DNA of 64,000 nt, from NCBI GenBank assembly GCA_905197045.1, contig CAJJXG010000002.1, positions 1,312 to 65,311 of the forward strand, given 5' to 3'. Each line of letters begins with the position of its first letter. Positions within the stretch are counted from its first letter, which is position 1. Below are positions 1 to 10,155 of the stretch, in pieces. This stretch comes from an uncultured Bacillales bacterium (GTDB lineage: Bacteria > Bacillota_I > Bacilli_A > RFN20 > CAG-826). The translations under genes were made by a program, and so were the position numbers. Under the pieces are notes generated by a model. The model did no database searches. It was given only the letters and a program-made list of their open reading frames with translations, and was not told the DNA's origin.

Positions 1-1196
1 CCTAATAATGTCTCAATTTCAGATTTTAATTGTTCACGAGTACAGAAAATATGAGCATCATCTTGAGTGAAACATCTAACTCTAAATAATCCATTTAAAG
101 CGCCGCTTGCTTCATGTCTATGGACAAGACCAAGTTCACCAAGTCTTAATGGTAAATCTTTATAGGAGTGGAGTTCGCTATTGTATACAAGAATTGCTCC
201 AGGGCAATTCATTGGTTTAATTGCAAAATCTCTTTCATCGATTTTTGTGGTATACATGTTTTCTTTATAATGATCCCAGTGACCACTTGTTAACCAAAGT
301 TCTTTAGAAAGAATGATTGGAGTTTTGATTAATTTATATCCGTATTGATCATGAATTTTATACCACCAGTTTTCAATTTGTCTTCTAAGCATTAAACCAT
401 TTGGTAAGAAGAATGGGAAACCTGGGCCAAATTCTGAAATCATAAATAAGCCAAGTTCTTTACCAATTTTTCTATGATCTCTCTTTTTAGCTTCTTCTTT
501 TAATCTCTCTTTTTCTTCTAATTCTTCTTTTGTGAAACAAGCAAGACCATAAATTCTTGTTAATTGTTTATTTTCGCTATTTCCTCTCCAATAAGCACCA
601 GCAATAGTATCTAATTTAAAATATTTAATAAAACCGGTTGAAGGGACGTGAGGACCAAGGCATAAATCAACATAGCTTCCTTGTCTATAGACGCTAATTT
701 CATCGTCTTCACTAAGTTCGCTAATTAATTCTTCTTTGTATTCATCATCTTTAAAAATTTCTAAGGCTTTTTCTTTTGAAACATCTTCACGAATTATATA
801 TTCATTTTTCTTAGATAATTCTTTCATTTTACTTTCGATTTTTCTTAAATCGTCTTCTTTTAAGACGTAACCATTTAAGTCAACATCATAGTAAAATCCT
901 TCTTCAATAGCAGGACCAACACCAAATTTAGCGCCTTTAAAAAGAAGTGAAATAGCTTCAGCCATAAGATGAGCAGCAGAATGATTTAAAATATGAAATG
1001 CTTCTGGACTCTCTTTTGTAATTAATTCAAATTTTCCATCTTCTTTAATTGGTCGATATAAATCGAAAAGTTTATCATTTAATTTGTAAGCAATTGAATT
1101 TTTAGCTAGTGATTCAGCAATGGATAAGGCAACATCGTGCCCGTTTTTACCATTTTCAATGCTAATTTTTTTACCATCTTTTAATATTAGTTCCAT
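1..1196 (-). CDS. thrS: threonyl-tRNA synthetase, N-terminal ~398 codons (rest of gene lies beyond window start)
   Basis: Absent from the ORF track because it runs off the edge. My minus-strand translation from ATG 1196-1194 gives MELILKDGKKISIENGKNGHDVALSIAESLAKNSIAYKLNDKLFDLYRPI (TGS-like N-terminus), HSAAHLMAEA (HxxxH of the second additional domain) and FRVRCFTQDDAHIF (class II core). GGGAG lies about 8 nt upstream and a T-box leader is upstream. Confidence 0.9.
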   Translation of the reverse strand, partial: MELILKDGKKISIENGKNGHDVALSIAESLAKNSIAYKLNDKLFDLYRPIKEDGKFELITKESPEAFHILNHSAAHLMAEAISLLFKGAKFGVGPAIEEGFYYDVDLNGYVLKEDDLRKIESKMKELSKKNEYIIREDVSKEKALEIFKDDEYKEELISELSEDDEISVYRQGSYVDLCLGPHVPSTGFIKYFKLDTIAGAYWRGNSENKQLTRIYGLACFTKEELEEKERLKEEAKKRDHRKIGKELGLFMISEFGPGFPFFLPNGLMLRRQIENWWYKIHDQYGYKLIKTPIILSKELWLTSGHWDHYKENMYTTKIDERDFAIKPMNCPGAILVYNSELHSYKDLPLRLGELGLVHRHEASGALNGLFRVRCFTQDDAHIFCTREQLKSEIETLL

Positions 1197-1202
1197 AATT
1201 TT

Positions 1203-1435
1203 AGCTCCCTTATTAATAAAAAATGTCCTTAGCCTATAAGACTAAGGACGATTAGTATCGTGGTACCACCTTATTTATGAAAGAATTTTCATTTTCTTTC
1301 ATCACTCAATTCTAACTTGTGTCGTAAGTTAACGTTAAGTTTCCTTAATTGCTCCAAAGTAGTTTTGTTATTCATCTTTTAGAAGCTTACACCAATTTGC
1401 TTCATTCTCTAGAAAAGAGAGGGATAACAACATGT
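1203..1435 (-). promoter_or_regulatory. T-box leader (tRNA-sensing attenuator) of thrS
   Basis: The minus strand reads TAGAGAATGAAGC...TTGGTGTAAGC (stem I-like AG bulge and distal loop). AAAACTACTTTGG follows, with ACT (Thr) then a purine as candidate specifier. Next come the conserved T-box core AAGGTGGTACCACGAT and the terminator GTCCTTAG-N9-CTAAGGAC plus TTTTTT (plus coords 1218-1249). Confidence 0.8.
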
Positions 1436-1453
1436 CTTTTTCAACGCAAGAAA

Positions 1454-1482
1454 ATAATATAACTAATTAATTTTTTTGTAAA
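1454..1482 (-). promoter_or_regulatory. sigma-70-type promoter for the thrS leader
   Basis: The minus strand reads TTTACA-17 nt-TATTAT (plus coords 1482-1477 and 1459-1454), just upstream of the T-box leader. Confidence 0.5.
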
Positions 1483-2946
1483 CTATAATAAGTCTCTTTC
1501 TTGAGGAATAGTTACAATTCTCATGAAGTTTGTACGTCCGCTTCCAGTTGGAGTGCCACCAGAAATCAAGATTTGATCACCAGGTTTACAGCCAAAACGT
1601 TTAGCGTGAACGATTGCAACAACTTCCATATCTTCAATAAATTCAGGCATTCTCTTTGTTTTTAATAAAACTGAATTTACACCCCAATAAATAGCGTTTT
1701 GTCTAACGGTAGTTAGCTTATTAGAAATTGAAAGAATTGGACAGCATGGACGAGCCTTTGAAATTCTTCTTGAAGATCTTCCACTATCTGTATAAGAAAC
1801 AATAAGTTTTGCTCCAATTAATTTTGCTGTATTACAAATTGCATTTGCAATAGCGTCATTGTTGTCTTTATTTGAGGTATCATAAGCTTCTTTTGCAAAT
1901 GATTCATAATCTAAAGTTTTTTCCATAGTATGTGCAATTTTAGTTTGCATCATAACACTTTCGGCAGGGTAATCACCACTAGCAGATTCTCCAGAAAGCA
2001 TAACGCAATCAGTTGATTCAGCAATAGCAGTAGCAACATCACTTACTTCAGCACGAGTAGGAATAGGAGATTTCATCATTGAGTCAAGCATTTGAGTAGC
2101 AGTGATGACTGGTTTTCCCTTTCTTCTACACATATCAATAAGTTTCTTTTGAACGATTGGGACTTCTTCTTCAGGAATTTCAAGACCTAAATCGCCTCTT
2201 GCGACCATGATTCCATCACTTTCATTAACGATTTCTTCAAGACAATCCATTGCTTGATAGTTTTCAATTTTTGAAATAATTTTGATTTCTGGATGACCAT
2301 GGGCGATTAAAATATCACGAATATCTTGAACATCTTTTGCACGGCGGACAAAAGAAGCACTAATAAAGTCAACTCCATTTTCGCAACCCCAAATTAAATC
2401 TTGTTCATCTTTTTTAGAGATGAATTGAAGTGAATTTAATTTAGCACCAGAGCAGTTAACGCCTTTTTTAGAACCGATTGCGTGTGTATTTAAAGCTCTT
2501 GTAATAATTTCACGATTTTCAGCGTCTTTATCGATGACTTCTAAATCAAGTTTCCCATCATCAATTTTGATGTGAGCACCAATTTCAACATCATCATAAA
2601 GTTTATCGAAAGTGATTGAAATTTTTTCAGGAGTTCCAAGGACTTTTTTCATTGAAATCCTTGTAATTTGGCCTTTATTTATTTGAATTTTGTCACCTTG
2701 CATATCGTGACATCTGATTTCAGGACCTTTAGTGTCAAGCATTGTAGCAATATAAATGCCTTCTTTTTCAAGCTCTCTTGCTAACTTTAATTTTTTAAGT
2801 TGCTCGTTATAATCACCATGAGAGAAATTCATTCTCATGACGTTCATACCATTGGCGATAAGTTTTCTTAACATTTCCATGTTGTCACTTGCTGGACCAA
2901 TAGTACAAACAATTTTAGTCTTTTTAATCAAATTTGCGTTTTCCAT
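1483..2946 (-). CDS. pyk: pyruvate kinase
   Basis: 487-aa ORF with KIVCTIGPAS, MNVMRMNFSHG, TKGPEIR and MVARGDLGLEIP. It starts 10 nt after the pfkA stop and ends on TAG (1483-1485). Confidence 0.95.
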   Translation of the reverse strand: MENANLIKKTKIVCTIGPASDNMEMLRKLIANGMNVMRMNFSHGDYNEQLKKLKLARELEKEGIYIATMLDTKGPEIRCHDMQGDKIQINKGQITRISMKKVLGTPEKISITFDKLYDDVEIGAHIKIDDGKLDLEVIDKDAENREIITRALNTHAIGSKKGVNCSGAKLNSLQFISKKDEQDLIWGCENGVDFISASFVRRAKDVQDIRDILIAHGHPEIKIISKIENYQAMDCLEEIVNESDGIMVARGDLGLEIPEEEVPIVQKKLIDMCRRKGKPVITATQMLDSMMKSPIPTRAEVSDVATAIAESTDCVMLSGESASGDYPAESVMMQTKIAHTMEKTLDYESFAKEAYDTSNKDNNDAIANAICNTAKLIGAKLIVSYTDSGRSSRRISKARPCCPILSISNKLTTVRQNAIYWGVNSVLLKTKRMPEFIEDMEVVAIVHAKRFGCKPGDQILISGGTPTGSGRTNFMRIVTIPQERDLL

Positions 2947-2956
2947 ACTCTATTCC

Positions 2957-3916
2957 TTATTTAATTAAATCAAATGTCTTATATAAATCTTCGTGTTTGT
3001 TTCTCTTTAAATCGAAAGATTCAATAATGTCATAATAATGTAATTTGTTATTTACTAAGCCAACGCAAACTCCACCGATTCCTTGATCAAGGAGTTCAAC
3101 AGCATATGAGCCCATTCTTACAGCATTGAATCTTTCCATAGCAGTAGGAGTTCCGCCTCTTTGAATATAACCTAAGATATCACTTCTAGTATCCCATCCA
3201 GTTTCAGCCATAATCTTTTTAGCTAAGGCATTAACATCAAGAAGTTTTTCAGCAACAAGAACTAAAACATGATCTTGACCAGCTGCTTTTTTGGCTTTTA
3301 ATGTATCCATTAAATCTTTTTCATTATATGGCCTATCAATTGTGATTATATAATCAGCATTACATGCAATGCCTGCATATAAAGTTAAGTCAGGACAGTT
3401 ATTACCCATAATTTCGACAACGCAGCATCTATTATGTGAAGACATTGTTTCGTTAATTTTATCAATTGCTGAGCAGATGTTATTTAAAGATGTATCAAAA
3501 CCAATTGTAAAATCACTACTTGCAATATCATTATCAATAGTTCCAGGAAGTCCAACGCAATTAATACCCATTTCAGTAAGGCGTTTTGCGCCCATATAAC
3601 TTCCATCTCCACCAACAACAATTAAAGCTTCAATCCCTTCTTTCTTTAAATTGTTGACAGCTTCTTGTCTAACTTTTTCTTCTTTAAACTCTGGGAGACG
3701 TTTTGTTTTAATGCATGTTCCACCATGAGCCATTTTATCTTCAGCAAAATCTGGTTTGACTTTAACAAAATTATTGTCAATTAAACCTTTATATCCGTCA
3801 TAAACTACATACATTTCTTTTCCAAGTTTATATCCAGTTCTAATTGCTCCAACAAGAGCAGCATTCATACCAGGAGCATCGCCGCCACTTGTAAGAATTC
3901 CTATTTTCTTTACCAT
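2957..3916 (-). CDS. pfkA: ATP-dependent 6-phosphofructokinase
   Basis: Motifs GILTSGGDAPGMNA, VVGGDGSY, PGTIDND and GYIQRGG. I moved the start to ATG 3916 (MVKKIG...), which has AGGAGG about 8 nt upstream; the ORF-track start at 3937 has none. Confidence 0.93.
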   Translation of the reverse strand: MVKKIGILTSGGDAPGMNAALVGAIRTGYKLGKEMYVVYDGYKGLIDNNFVKVKPDFAEDKMAHGGTCIKTKRLPEFKEEKVRQEAVNNLKKEGIEALIVVGGDGSYMGAKRLTEMGINCVGLPGTIDNDIASSDFTIGFDTSLNNICSAIDKINETMSSHNRCCVVEIMGNNCPDLTLYAGIACNADYIITIDRPYNEKDLMDTLKAKKAAGQDHVLVLVAEKLLDVNALAKKIMAETGWDTRSDILGYIQRGGTPTAMERFNAVRMGSYAVELLDQGIGGVCVGLVNNKLHYYDIIESFDLKRNKHEDLYKTFDLIK

Positions 3917-4068
3917 TAGGTATAACCTCCTAAACACTTAAAAACATTATAGTGAAAATTACTATCAATTTCTATATTTAAACAAGTTAAATATAGGTTA
4001 AGTTTTAATCTTTAAATTGCGAGAAAATTTCATAACTTAGTTAATACTTTTAATGTATAATTTGAGGG

Positions 4069-5286
4069 ATGATTGATGTAAGTAGTGAAGTAAAACTTGT
4101 TAAGAATGGACTTTTAAATGTCGAGGGTGTTGAATACCTTTTTGATTTATATCTTCCTCTACTTGGGGAAGATGCTACTTTTCTATATCTATTTTTAGCA
4201 AATAAAGTTAAAAAAGAAGATCGTATTTTAAATTTTGGTGATTTAGTTAATGAATCTCAACTAAATTTACAGAAATTTTTGCTAGCCAAAAAATCACTTG
4301 AAAGTATCGGTTTAATTTCAACTTTTAAGAAAAATGATGAAGAAAAGTACATTCTTGTTATTTATGATGCATGCACTCCAAAAAAATTCTTTGAAAATTT
4401 AACTTTTAAAGGTTTATATGTTCAAAGTGTTGGAGAAGAAAAAGCTAATAAAATATTAAAAAAATATGAAATTAAGAAAGATTTTAAAGGCTACAATGAT
4501 GTTTCGGCTAAAATCAACGATTCTTTTGTAATTAATTTTAATCCTAACTATTTAGATCTTGATAAAGGAATGGAGTTAACTGGTTTTAATAAAAATACTC
4601 TTCAATATGATTTTAGCGAAGTTAAACTCAACAAGTATCTTAAGGAAAAAACTCAAATTAGAGTTGATGCGATAAGCGAAGAAGAGTTTGATCTAATTGT
4701 TAAGATTGCTACCCTCTATGGCTTAAAAGAAAATGATATTGGTGGATTAATTAATGAATGTTTTATTCCAGAAGAAGCAATAGGACACAAAATTAATTTT
4801 GAAAAACTAAAAAGATTAGCTAGAACCTATGTTAGAACTTATAAGGTATCTCAAAATAAGACTGATAAATTTACTTATATTAATTCAGACTCTGATGCAG
4901 CAAACCTTATTAGAAGTTATGAAAACACTTCGCCTATAAAATTTTTAATGTCGAAACAAAAAGGTGTAGAAGTTAGTGATGCTGATAAATCCATCATTGA
5001 AGAGTTAGCTGGAAATTATGGTTTTTCAAATGGTATTATTAACGCTCTTTTAGATTATGTGCTTAAAAATAAAGATGGCGAACTTTCTAGAAATTATATT
5101 TTAAAAATTGCTGCTACTTTGGTTAGAAAAGGCTGCCAAAATACCTTGGATTGTCTAAATTTGCTTAATAAGAAACCAACTACGAAGGTTATAAAAACGA
5201 AAGAAACACCTAAAGAAAAGCCTCAGCAAAAATCTAATATTATATCTTTAGAAGACTATGAAGACGTTGATGTAGACATTGATTAA
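4069..5286 (+). CDS. replication initiation/membrane attachment protein (Bacillus DnaB / DnaD-domain family)
   Basis: 405 aa, directly upstream of dnaI as in the Bacillus dnaB-dnaI operon. The C-terminal DnaB_2-like segment is YENTSPIKFLMSKQKG...SDADKSIIEELAGNYGFSNGIINALLDYVL. Confidence 0.7.
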   Translation: MIDVSSEVKLVKNGLLNVEGVEYLFDLYLPLLGEDATFLYLFLANKVKKEDRILNFGDLVNESQLNLQKFLLAKKSLESIGLISTFKKNDEEKYILVIYDACTPKKFFENLTFKGLYVQSVGEEKANKILKKYEIKKDFKGYNDVSAKINDSFVINFNPNYLDLDKGMELTGFNKNTLQYDFSEVKLNKYLKEKTQIRVDAISEEEFDLIVKIATLYGLKENDIGGLINECFIPEEAIGHKINFEKLKRLARTYVRTYKVSQNKTDKFTYINSDSDAANLIRSYENTSPIKFLMSKQKGVEVSDADKSIIEELAGNYGFSNGIINALLDYVLKNKDGELSRNYILKIAATLVRKGCQNTLDCLNLLNKKPTTKVIKTKETPKEKPQQKSNIISLEDYEDVDVDID

Positions 5287-5300
5287 TATTTGGAGCAATT

Positions 5301-6185
5301 ATGGAAAAAATTAAGAGCAATTTAAACATCTCAACAAATGATTTAAAAGAATACGCTAAAGAACTTTATAACCAAATTTTAAATGATGAATTTTATCATG
5401 TTTTAGTAGAAGAAGGATGGAATCAAGAAGAAATCTTTAATAATGTTACAAAATTTAAAGAATACCTTGATGATATGCATAAAGCTCAAAACATTAAAAC
5501 CTTTGAAGACTGTCTTAAATATAATATGACTCAACGCCTCATTTTAGTTAGAAATGGGAAATTTATTGATCGAGATTATGTCACTTTATTGCCATTTAAA
5601 GAATATACAGAGTATTTAGAACGTTTTGTGGCTCGTGATTTTGGATCTTTACCAACGGATGCTGATTTAGATAAATGTATGAAAAAACTTAAAAACGGAA
5701 TTCTTGGTGAATTCAAAAAGAATAAGTGGGTTTATTTATATGGCGTTCAAAGATCTGGAAGAAGTTATGCAGCCTTAGCTTTTCTGAATTACATCTACAA
5801 AAAAAGAAAAGATAAAAAACCAACATTTGCATTTATTGATACCATTTATAGATTTAAATTTTTAAATGATTTGTATTTTAAAGATAGAACATATTTTAAT
5901 GAATTAATTAATTCTTATTCCGAAGTAGATTTTTTAGTGTTTGATAACTTTGGAAGCGAATTTAAAAATGAAATAATCCGCGACACAATTCTTTATCCAA
6001 TTATTAAAACTAGATTAACTAACTCAAAAGCAACCATCTTTACAAGCGATTTTTTATTAGATGAAGTGAAAGCTTTATATACTTTTACTAAACGGAATCA
6101 TCCTGATTATATTAATGACCAACTTTTTGAAGCTTTAAATAAAGCAGTATCTCAACTTGAAGTTTCAAATATTCCTTTATATTAA
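5301..6185 (+). CDS. dnaI: primosomal helicase-loader DnaI-like AAA+ protein (degenerate Walker motifs)
   Basis: 294 aa, 14 nt after the dnaB-like gene. YLYGVQRSGRSYAALAF aligns to the DnaI P-loop YLYGxxGxGKT, and FLVFDNFGSE aligns to Walker B LxLDDxGAE. Confidence 0.7.
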   Translation: MEKIKSNLNISTNDLKEYAKELYNQILNDEFYHVLVEEGWNQEEIFNNVTKFKEYLDDMHKAQNIKTFEDCLKYNMTQRLILVRNGKFIDRDYVTLLPFKEYTEYLERFVARDFGSLPTDADLDKCMKKLKNGILGEFKKNKWVYLYGVQRSGRSYAALAFLNYIYKKRKDKKPTFAFIDTIYRFKFLNDLYFKDRTYFNELINSYSEVDFLVFDNFGSEFKNEIIRDTILYPIIKTRLTNSKATIFTSDFLLDEVKALYTFTKRNHPDYINDQLFEALNKAVSQLEVSNIPLY

Positions 6186-7556
6186 TGCTTCATCAACTTG
6201 TTTAAAAAGTGTTTTAAAATCACCAGTAGCTTTAATAATTTTTATTTTATCTGATTTAATATAACTATAATCTTTATTTAATGATTTAGATGATTTAATA
6301 TCGTCGTTTCTATTTTTTAAATTTTTGATTTGTTGTTCTTCCGAGATTTGAATAACTAAGATTTTTTTAAATAAATATTCGATATGAGCCTTAAAAAGGG
6401 TTGGAGCTTCGATAGCTATTTTTTCATTTTGAGCTAAGATTTGCAGTAATTTTTGTTCTAAAACTGGGTAAATATAATTTTCAACGCTCTTTTTTATCTC
6501 TGGATTATCAATCATTATTTGTCGTGTTTTATTGACTAAAGCAGGGTTATCAATATCAAAAGGGTGATGCAAGATTTTGCTAATTTTTGTTTTATGAAGT
6601 GAATCACGATAAAGTTCATGAACGAGCTCGTCGCAAGAATAAGTGTTATAGCCTTTTTCCTTTAGATAGTTAAGGATGGTTGATTTGCCACTGCCTATAG
6701 GTCCTGTAATTCCAATTGCTTTTTCAAGTTCATGATTAATTTGACAATTTGGGCAAAAAGTAGTGCCTCTTCCACCAATAAAAATTTTATGGAAAGTGGT
6801 CCCACAATTTGGGCATATTTCTCCAGCTCTTCCATAAGCAAGTAACTTTTCTTGAAATCTTCCATCTACACCTTCACTAGGGTGAAAACTATGAATTGTA
6901 GATCCGCCTAAATTAATAGCTTTTTCAAGTGTTATTTTTGCATATTTTGCAATGTTATTGATGTCTTCCTTTGTAAGTTCATTTCCTTTTGTTAATGGAT
7001 TTATTTTGCATTGATACAAAATTTCATCAGCATAAATATTACCAATTCCACATAAAATAGTTTGATCTAATAGCAATTCTTTAATAGCTTTCTTTTTATT
7101 AAATTTTTTATAAAGAAGAGGTAAGTCAGAATCTTGAACTTTATTTGCTTCAACACCAAGTTTAGCTATCATCGCTACATTTTGATAATTATTTTCGTCG
7201 GTTAAATACATTAATCCGAACTTTCTTGTATCATCATAAGCTAAATAAGAACCATCAGTTAAATGAAATAAAGCTGATGTAGCTTTAATTCGATGATTTT
7301 CTTCTTTAGTGTAACGATACTTTCCTTCCATTCTTAAATGAGAAATGATTACTAAATCATTACTTAGATGAAAGAAAAGAAATTTACCATATCGCGATAA
7401 ATATAAAAAGGTTTGACCTTTTAATTTTTCTTTAAATTCATTGATATTAGATTGAACTAGTCGATCATAAAAAACATCAACATATTCAATTGTTTTCCCT
7501 TTTATTAAAGGTTCTAAAATATTTTTAACAGTTTCAACTTCAGGTAATTCAGGCAT
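6177..7556 (-). CDS. mutM: fusion protein: formamidopyrimidine-DNA glycosylase (Fpg/MutM) N-terminal part + dephospho-CoA kinase (CoaE) C-terminal part
   Basis: N-terminus MPELPEVETV (catalytic Pro2/Glu3) and zinc finger CPNC-x16-CPNC. After an 8-aa link comes IGITGPIGSGKST (CoaE P-loop) with about 180 further residues. It is one uninterrupted 459-aa frame. Confidence 0.85.
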   Translation of the reverse strand: MPELPEVETVKNILEPLIKGKTIEYVDVFYDRLVQSNINEFKEKLKGQTFLYLSRYGKFLFFHLSNDLVIISHLRMEGKYRYTKEENHRIKATSALFHLTDGSYLAYDDTRKFGLMYLTDENNYQNVAMIAKLGVEANKVQDSDLPLLYKKFNKKKAIKELLLDQTILCGIGNIYADEILYQCKINPLTKGNELTKEDINNIAKYAKITLEKAINLGGSTIHSFHPSEGVDGRFQEKLLAYGRAGEICPNCGTTFHKIFIGGRGTTFCPNCQINHELEKAIGITGPIGSGKSTILNYLKEKGYNTYSCDELVHELYRDSLHKTKISKILHHPFDIDNPALVNKTRQIMIDNPEIKKSVENYIYPVLEQKLLQILAQNEKIAIEAPTLFKAHIEYLFKKILVIQISEEQQIKNLKNRNDDIKSSKSLNKDYSYIKSDKIKIIKATGDFKTLFKQVDEALI

Positions 7557-7558
7557 AC

Positions 7559-10153
7559 TTATTTAGCTGAGAACCAGTCTCTAGCATAACCTCCATCAAC
7601 TTTTAATTTAACTTTTAGTTTTACTGAATTTTCCATGATATCTTTCACAGTTTTGAAAAATTCGTCTTTTTCATCTTCGTAAACTTTAAATATCAATTCA
7701 TCATGAATTTGTGAAACAATTTTTGACTTAAAACCCTTATTTTTAATAGCTTCATAAACTCGAATCATGGAAATCTTCATTAAATCAGCAGCACTTCCTT
7801 GAATTGGAGCATTCATGGCTGCACGTTTTGCAAATTCACGAACTTGATATTGTGAAGATTGAAGTTCTGGAAGATATCTTCTTCGATGAAACATTGTTTC
7901 AGCATAACCTTTTTCAGTCGCTTCATCTATTAAATGATTTAAGTAATTTTTAATTTCAGGGAAAGCCTGATAGAAGTTTTTAATAATTTCTTTTGCTTCT
8001 GAAATAGAGCAATCTAATTGCTCACTTAAACCATAATCACTAATTCCATAAACAATTCCAAAATTAACTGTCTTAGCTTTTCTTCTTTCTTGACTTGTAG
8101 GCTCGCGGTCAAGATTAAAAATTCTTTTAGCGGTAGCAGCGTGGACATCTTCATCATTATTGAAGAATTCAATCATGCTTTTTGCATCGGATAGATGTGC
8201 TAACATTCTAAGTTCAATTTGTGAATAATCTAAAGATAAAATCGATAAATTATCGTCCTTATAGAAAAAGGCTTTTCTGATTTGTTTTCCTTCCTCGTCA
8301 CGAGTTGAGATGTTTTGAAGATTTGGCTCGCTAGAAGAAAGTCGTCCGGTAGTAGTTAATGCTTGATTAAATGTTGAATGAACTTTTCCATCACTATGAA
8401 TAAAAGGGATTAATCCATCAACATAGGTTGAAATAATTTTGGCATATTTTCGATATTCAAGTATTTTTTCAATAATTGGATGTTCGTGCTTAATCATTTC
8501 TAAAAATTCAACACTTGTAGAGCCCTTTTTATTACTTTTTAAGTTTAATTTTTCAAATAAAATATGTGAAACTTGTTTTGGCGAGTTAATGTTGAATTCT
8601 TCATTAGCCAACTCATAAATTTCTTTTGTTAAGATATCTAATTTCTCTTGATATATTGTTTTAAATGAAAGAAGTGTCTCTTTATCAAGTGGAAATCCCT
8701 CAAGTTCCATTTCGCAAAGAACGATAGTTAGAGGCTGTTCGATATTAATTAATAAATCGTATTGGTTTCTTGCTATTAATTTTTCTTTGATTTCTTCATA
8801 TAAAGCTAAAACATAATAAGAAGTTGCAATTGCAATTTGTTTAGAAGAATCATCAAAGAGCAAGTCTTTTGTTGTAGCATAACTTATATCAATAGAATAG
8901 TAATTTAAAACTGATTCGATATCGCTTTTAATCGATGAATCAAGAAGGTAACTAGCAAGAACTAAATCAAAAAATAGGCCATTAATATCAATTCCGTTTT
9001 TCTTTAATATGTAGCGTACTTTTTTAAAATCAAAGGCAAATTTTTTGACTTTGTCATCTTTAAGAGCGCTTAATAATTTTTGATCTTTAAGCAAATTTTC
9101 TTTATTTATGTAATAAGTTTTTTTGTTAATAGAAAAGGCAAGTCCATTCAATAAAGCATCATGGTAATTAACATTTTCTATATCAACATCAATTCCAATT
9201 TCATCAGTAAAATCTATATCGTTTGTATCAAAAACCTCGCAAAAATCAACTTTTTCATTATGTTTTTCTTCAATTTTAAATGCTTTTGGTAATTTTGAAA
9301 CAAGATGTTTAAACTCATATTTATTGGCAAAATCGGTGACAGAATTAAATTTGTAACCTTCATAAATTATTTGATTAATTTTAATTGGTATTTCGCTTTC
9401 TTTAGCGATAATAGCTAAGTGTTTACACATTCTGCCATTTTCTTGAAACTCAATGATGTTTCTTCCAACTTTAGTTTTTGTATCAGCGTTTTTAATGATA
9501 TTTTCAAGATCACCAAATTGAGCTATAAGTTGTTTTGCGGTCTTATCCCCAACTCCAGGTATTCCTTTTAAATTGTCGGAATCATCACCCCTTAAACCCT
9601 TATAATCAGTGATTTGAACTGGTTCAAAACCCCATTCCTCCTTAAAACTTTCTGGAGTCATTTCTTTAATATCTTTTAAGCCTTTTTTGATTAATTCAAT
9701 AGTGATATTTTCATCAATTAATTGAAGATAATCTTTGTCGCTTGTATAAATATAAACTTTGTAACCATCTTTTTGTGCATTATTTGCAATTACTCCACAA
9801 ATATCATCTGCTTCAAGATCATCGCATTCATAATGAATTATATTAAGTTTATCTAAAAATTCACGAGCTAAAGGAAATTGAGTGATTAAATCTTCAGGGA
9901 GAGGTGGTCTATTGGCTTTATATTCTTTGAACTCTTTATGACGAAAAGTTTGCTTTCCAGCGTCAAAAGCTACAAAAATTCCATCTCCTTTTTTAAGCGT
10001 ACTTAAAAGAGAGGTAATCATATTAGAAAAGGCAAAGATAGCATTAGTGGCTTGGCCACTTTTTGTTCTCATGATATTTGAAGGATCATAATAAGTTGCA
10101 TAAAATGCTCTAAATAATAAACTATTTCCATCAATAACAATAATTTTTGACAT
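7559..10153 (-). CDS. polA: DNA polymerase I
   Basis: 864 aa with an N-terminal 5'-nuclease region (VIDGNSLLFRAFYA, GIPGVGDKTA). Pol A motifs are DYSQIELR, RRKAKTVNFGIVYG and QIHDELIF. Confidence 0.95.
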   Translation of the reverse strand: MSKIIVIDGNSLLFRAFYATYYDPSNIMRTKSGQATNAIFAFSNMITSLLSTLKKGDGIFVAFDAGKQTFRHKEFKEYKANRPPLPEDLITQFPLAREFLDKLNIIHYECDDLEADDICGVIANNAQKDGYKVYIYTSDKDYLQLIDENITIELIKKGLKDIKEMTPESFKEEWGFEPVQITDYKGLRGDDSDNLKGIPGVGDKTAKQLIAQFGDLENIIKNADTKTKVGRNIIEFQENGRMCKHLAIIAKESEIPIKINQIIYEGYKFNSVTDFANKYEFKHLVSKLPKAFKIEEKHNEKVDFCEVFDTNDIDFTDEIGIDVDIENVNYHDALLNGLAFSINKKTYYINKENLLKDQKLLSALKDDKVKKFAFDFKKVRYILKKNGIDINGLFFDLVLASYLLDSSIKSDIESVLNYYSIDISYATTKDLLFDDSSKQIAIATSYYVLALYEEIKEKLIARNQYDLLINIEQPLTIVLCEMELEGFPLDKETLLSFKTIYQEKLDILTKEIYELANEEFNINSPKQVSHILFEKLNLKSNKKGSTSVEFLEMIKHEHPIIEKILEYRKYAKIISTYVDGLIPFIHSDGKVHSTFNQALTTTGRLSSSEPNLQNISTRDEEGKQIRKAFFYKDDNLSILSLDYSQIELRMLAHLSDAKSMIEFFNNDEDVHAATAKRIFNLDREPTSQERRKAKTVNFGIVYGISDYGLSEQLDCSISEAKEIIKNFYQAFPEIKNYLNHLIDEATEKGYAETMFHRRRYLPELQSSQYQVREFAKRAAMNAPIQGSAADLMKISMIRVYEAIKNKGFKSKIVSQIHDELIFKVYEDEKDEFFKTVKDIMENSVKLKVKLKVDGGYARDWFSAK

Positions 10154-10155
10154 AA

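Noticed and set aside
3938-6185. Replication origin or DnaA-box cluster near the dnaB-like/dnaI genes
   Set aside because: I found no clustered TTATCCACA-like boxes in the flanking intergenic DNA, and dnaA/dnaN are not in the window.
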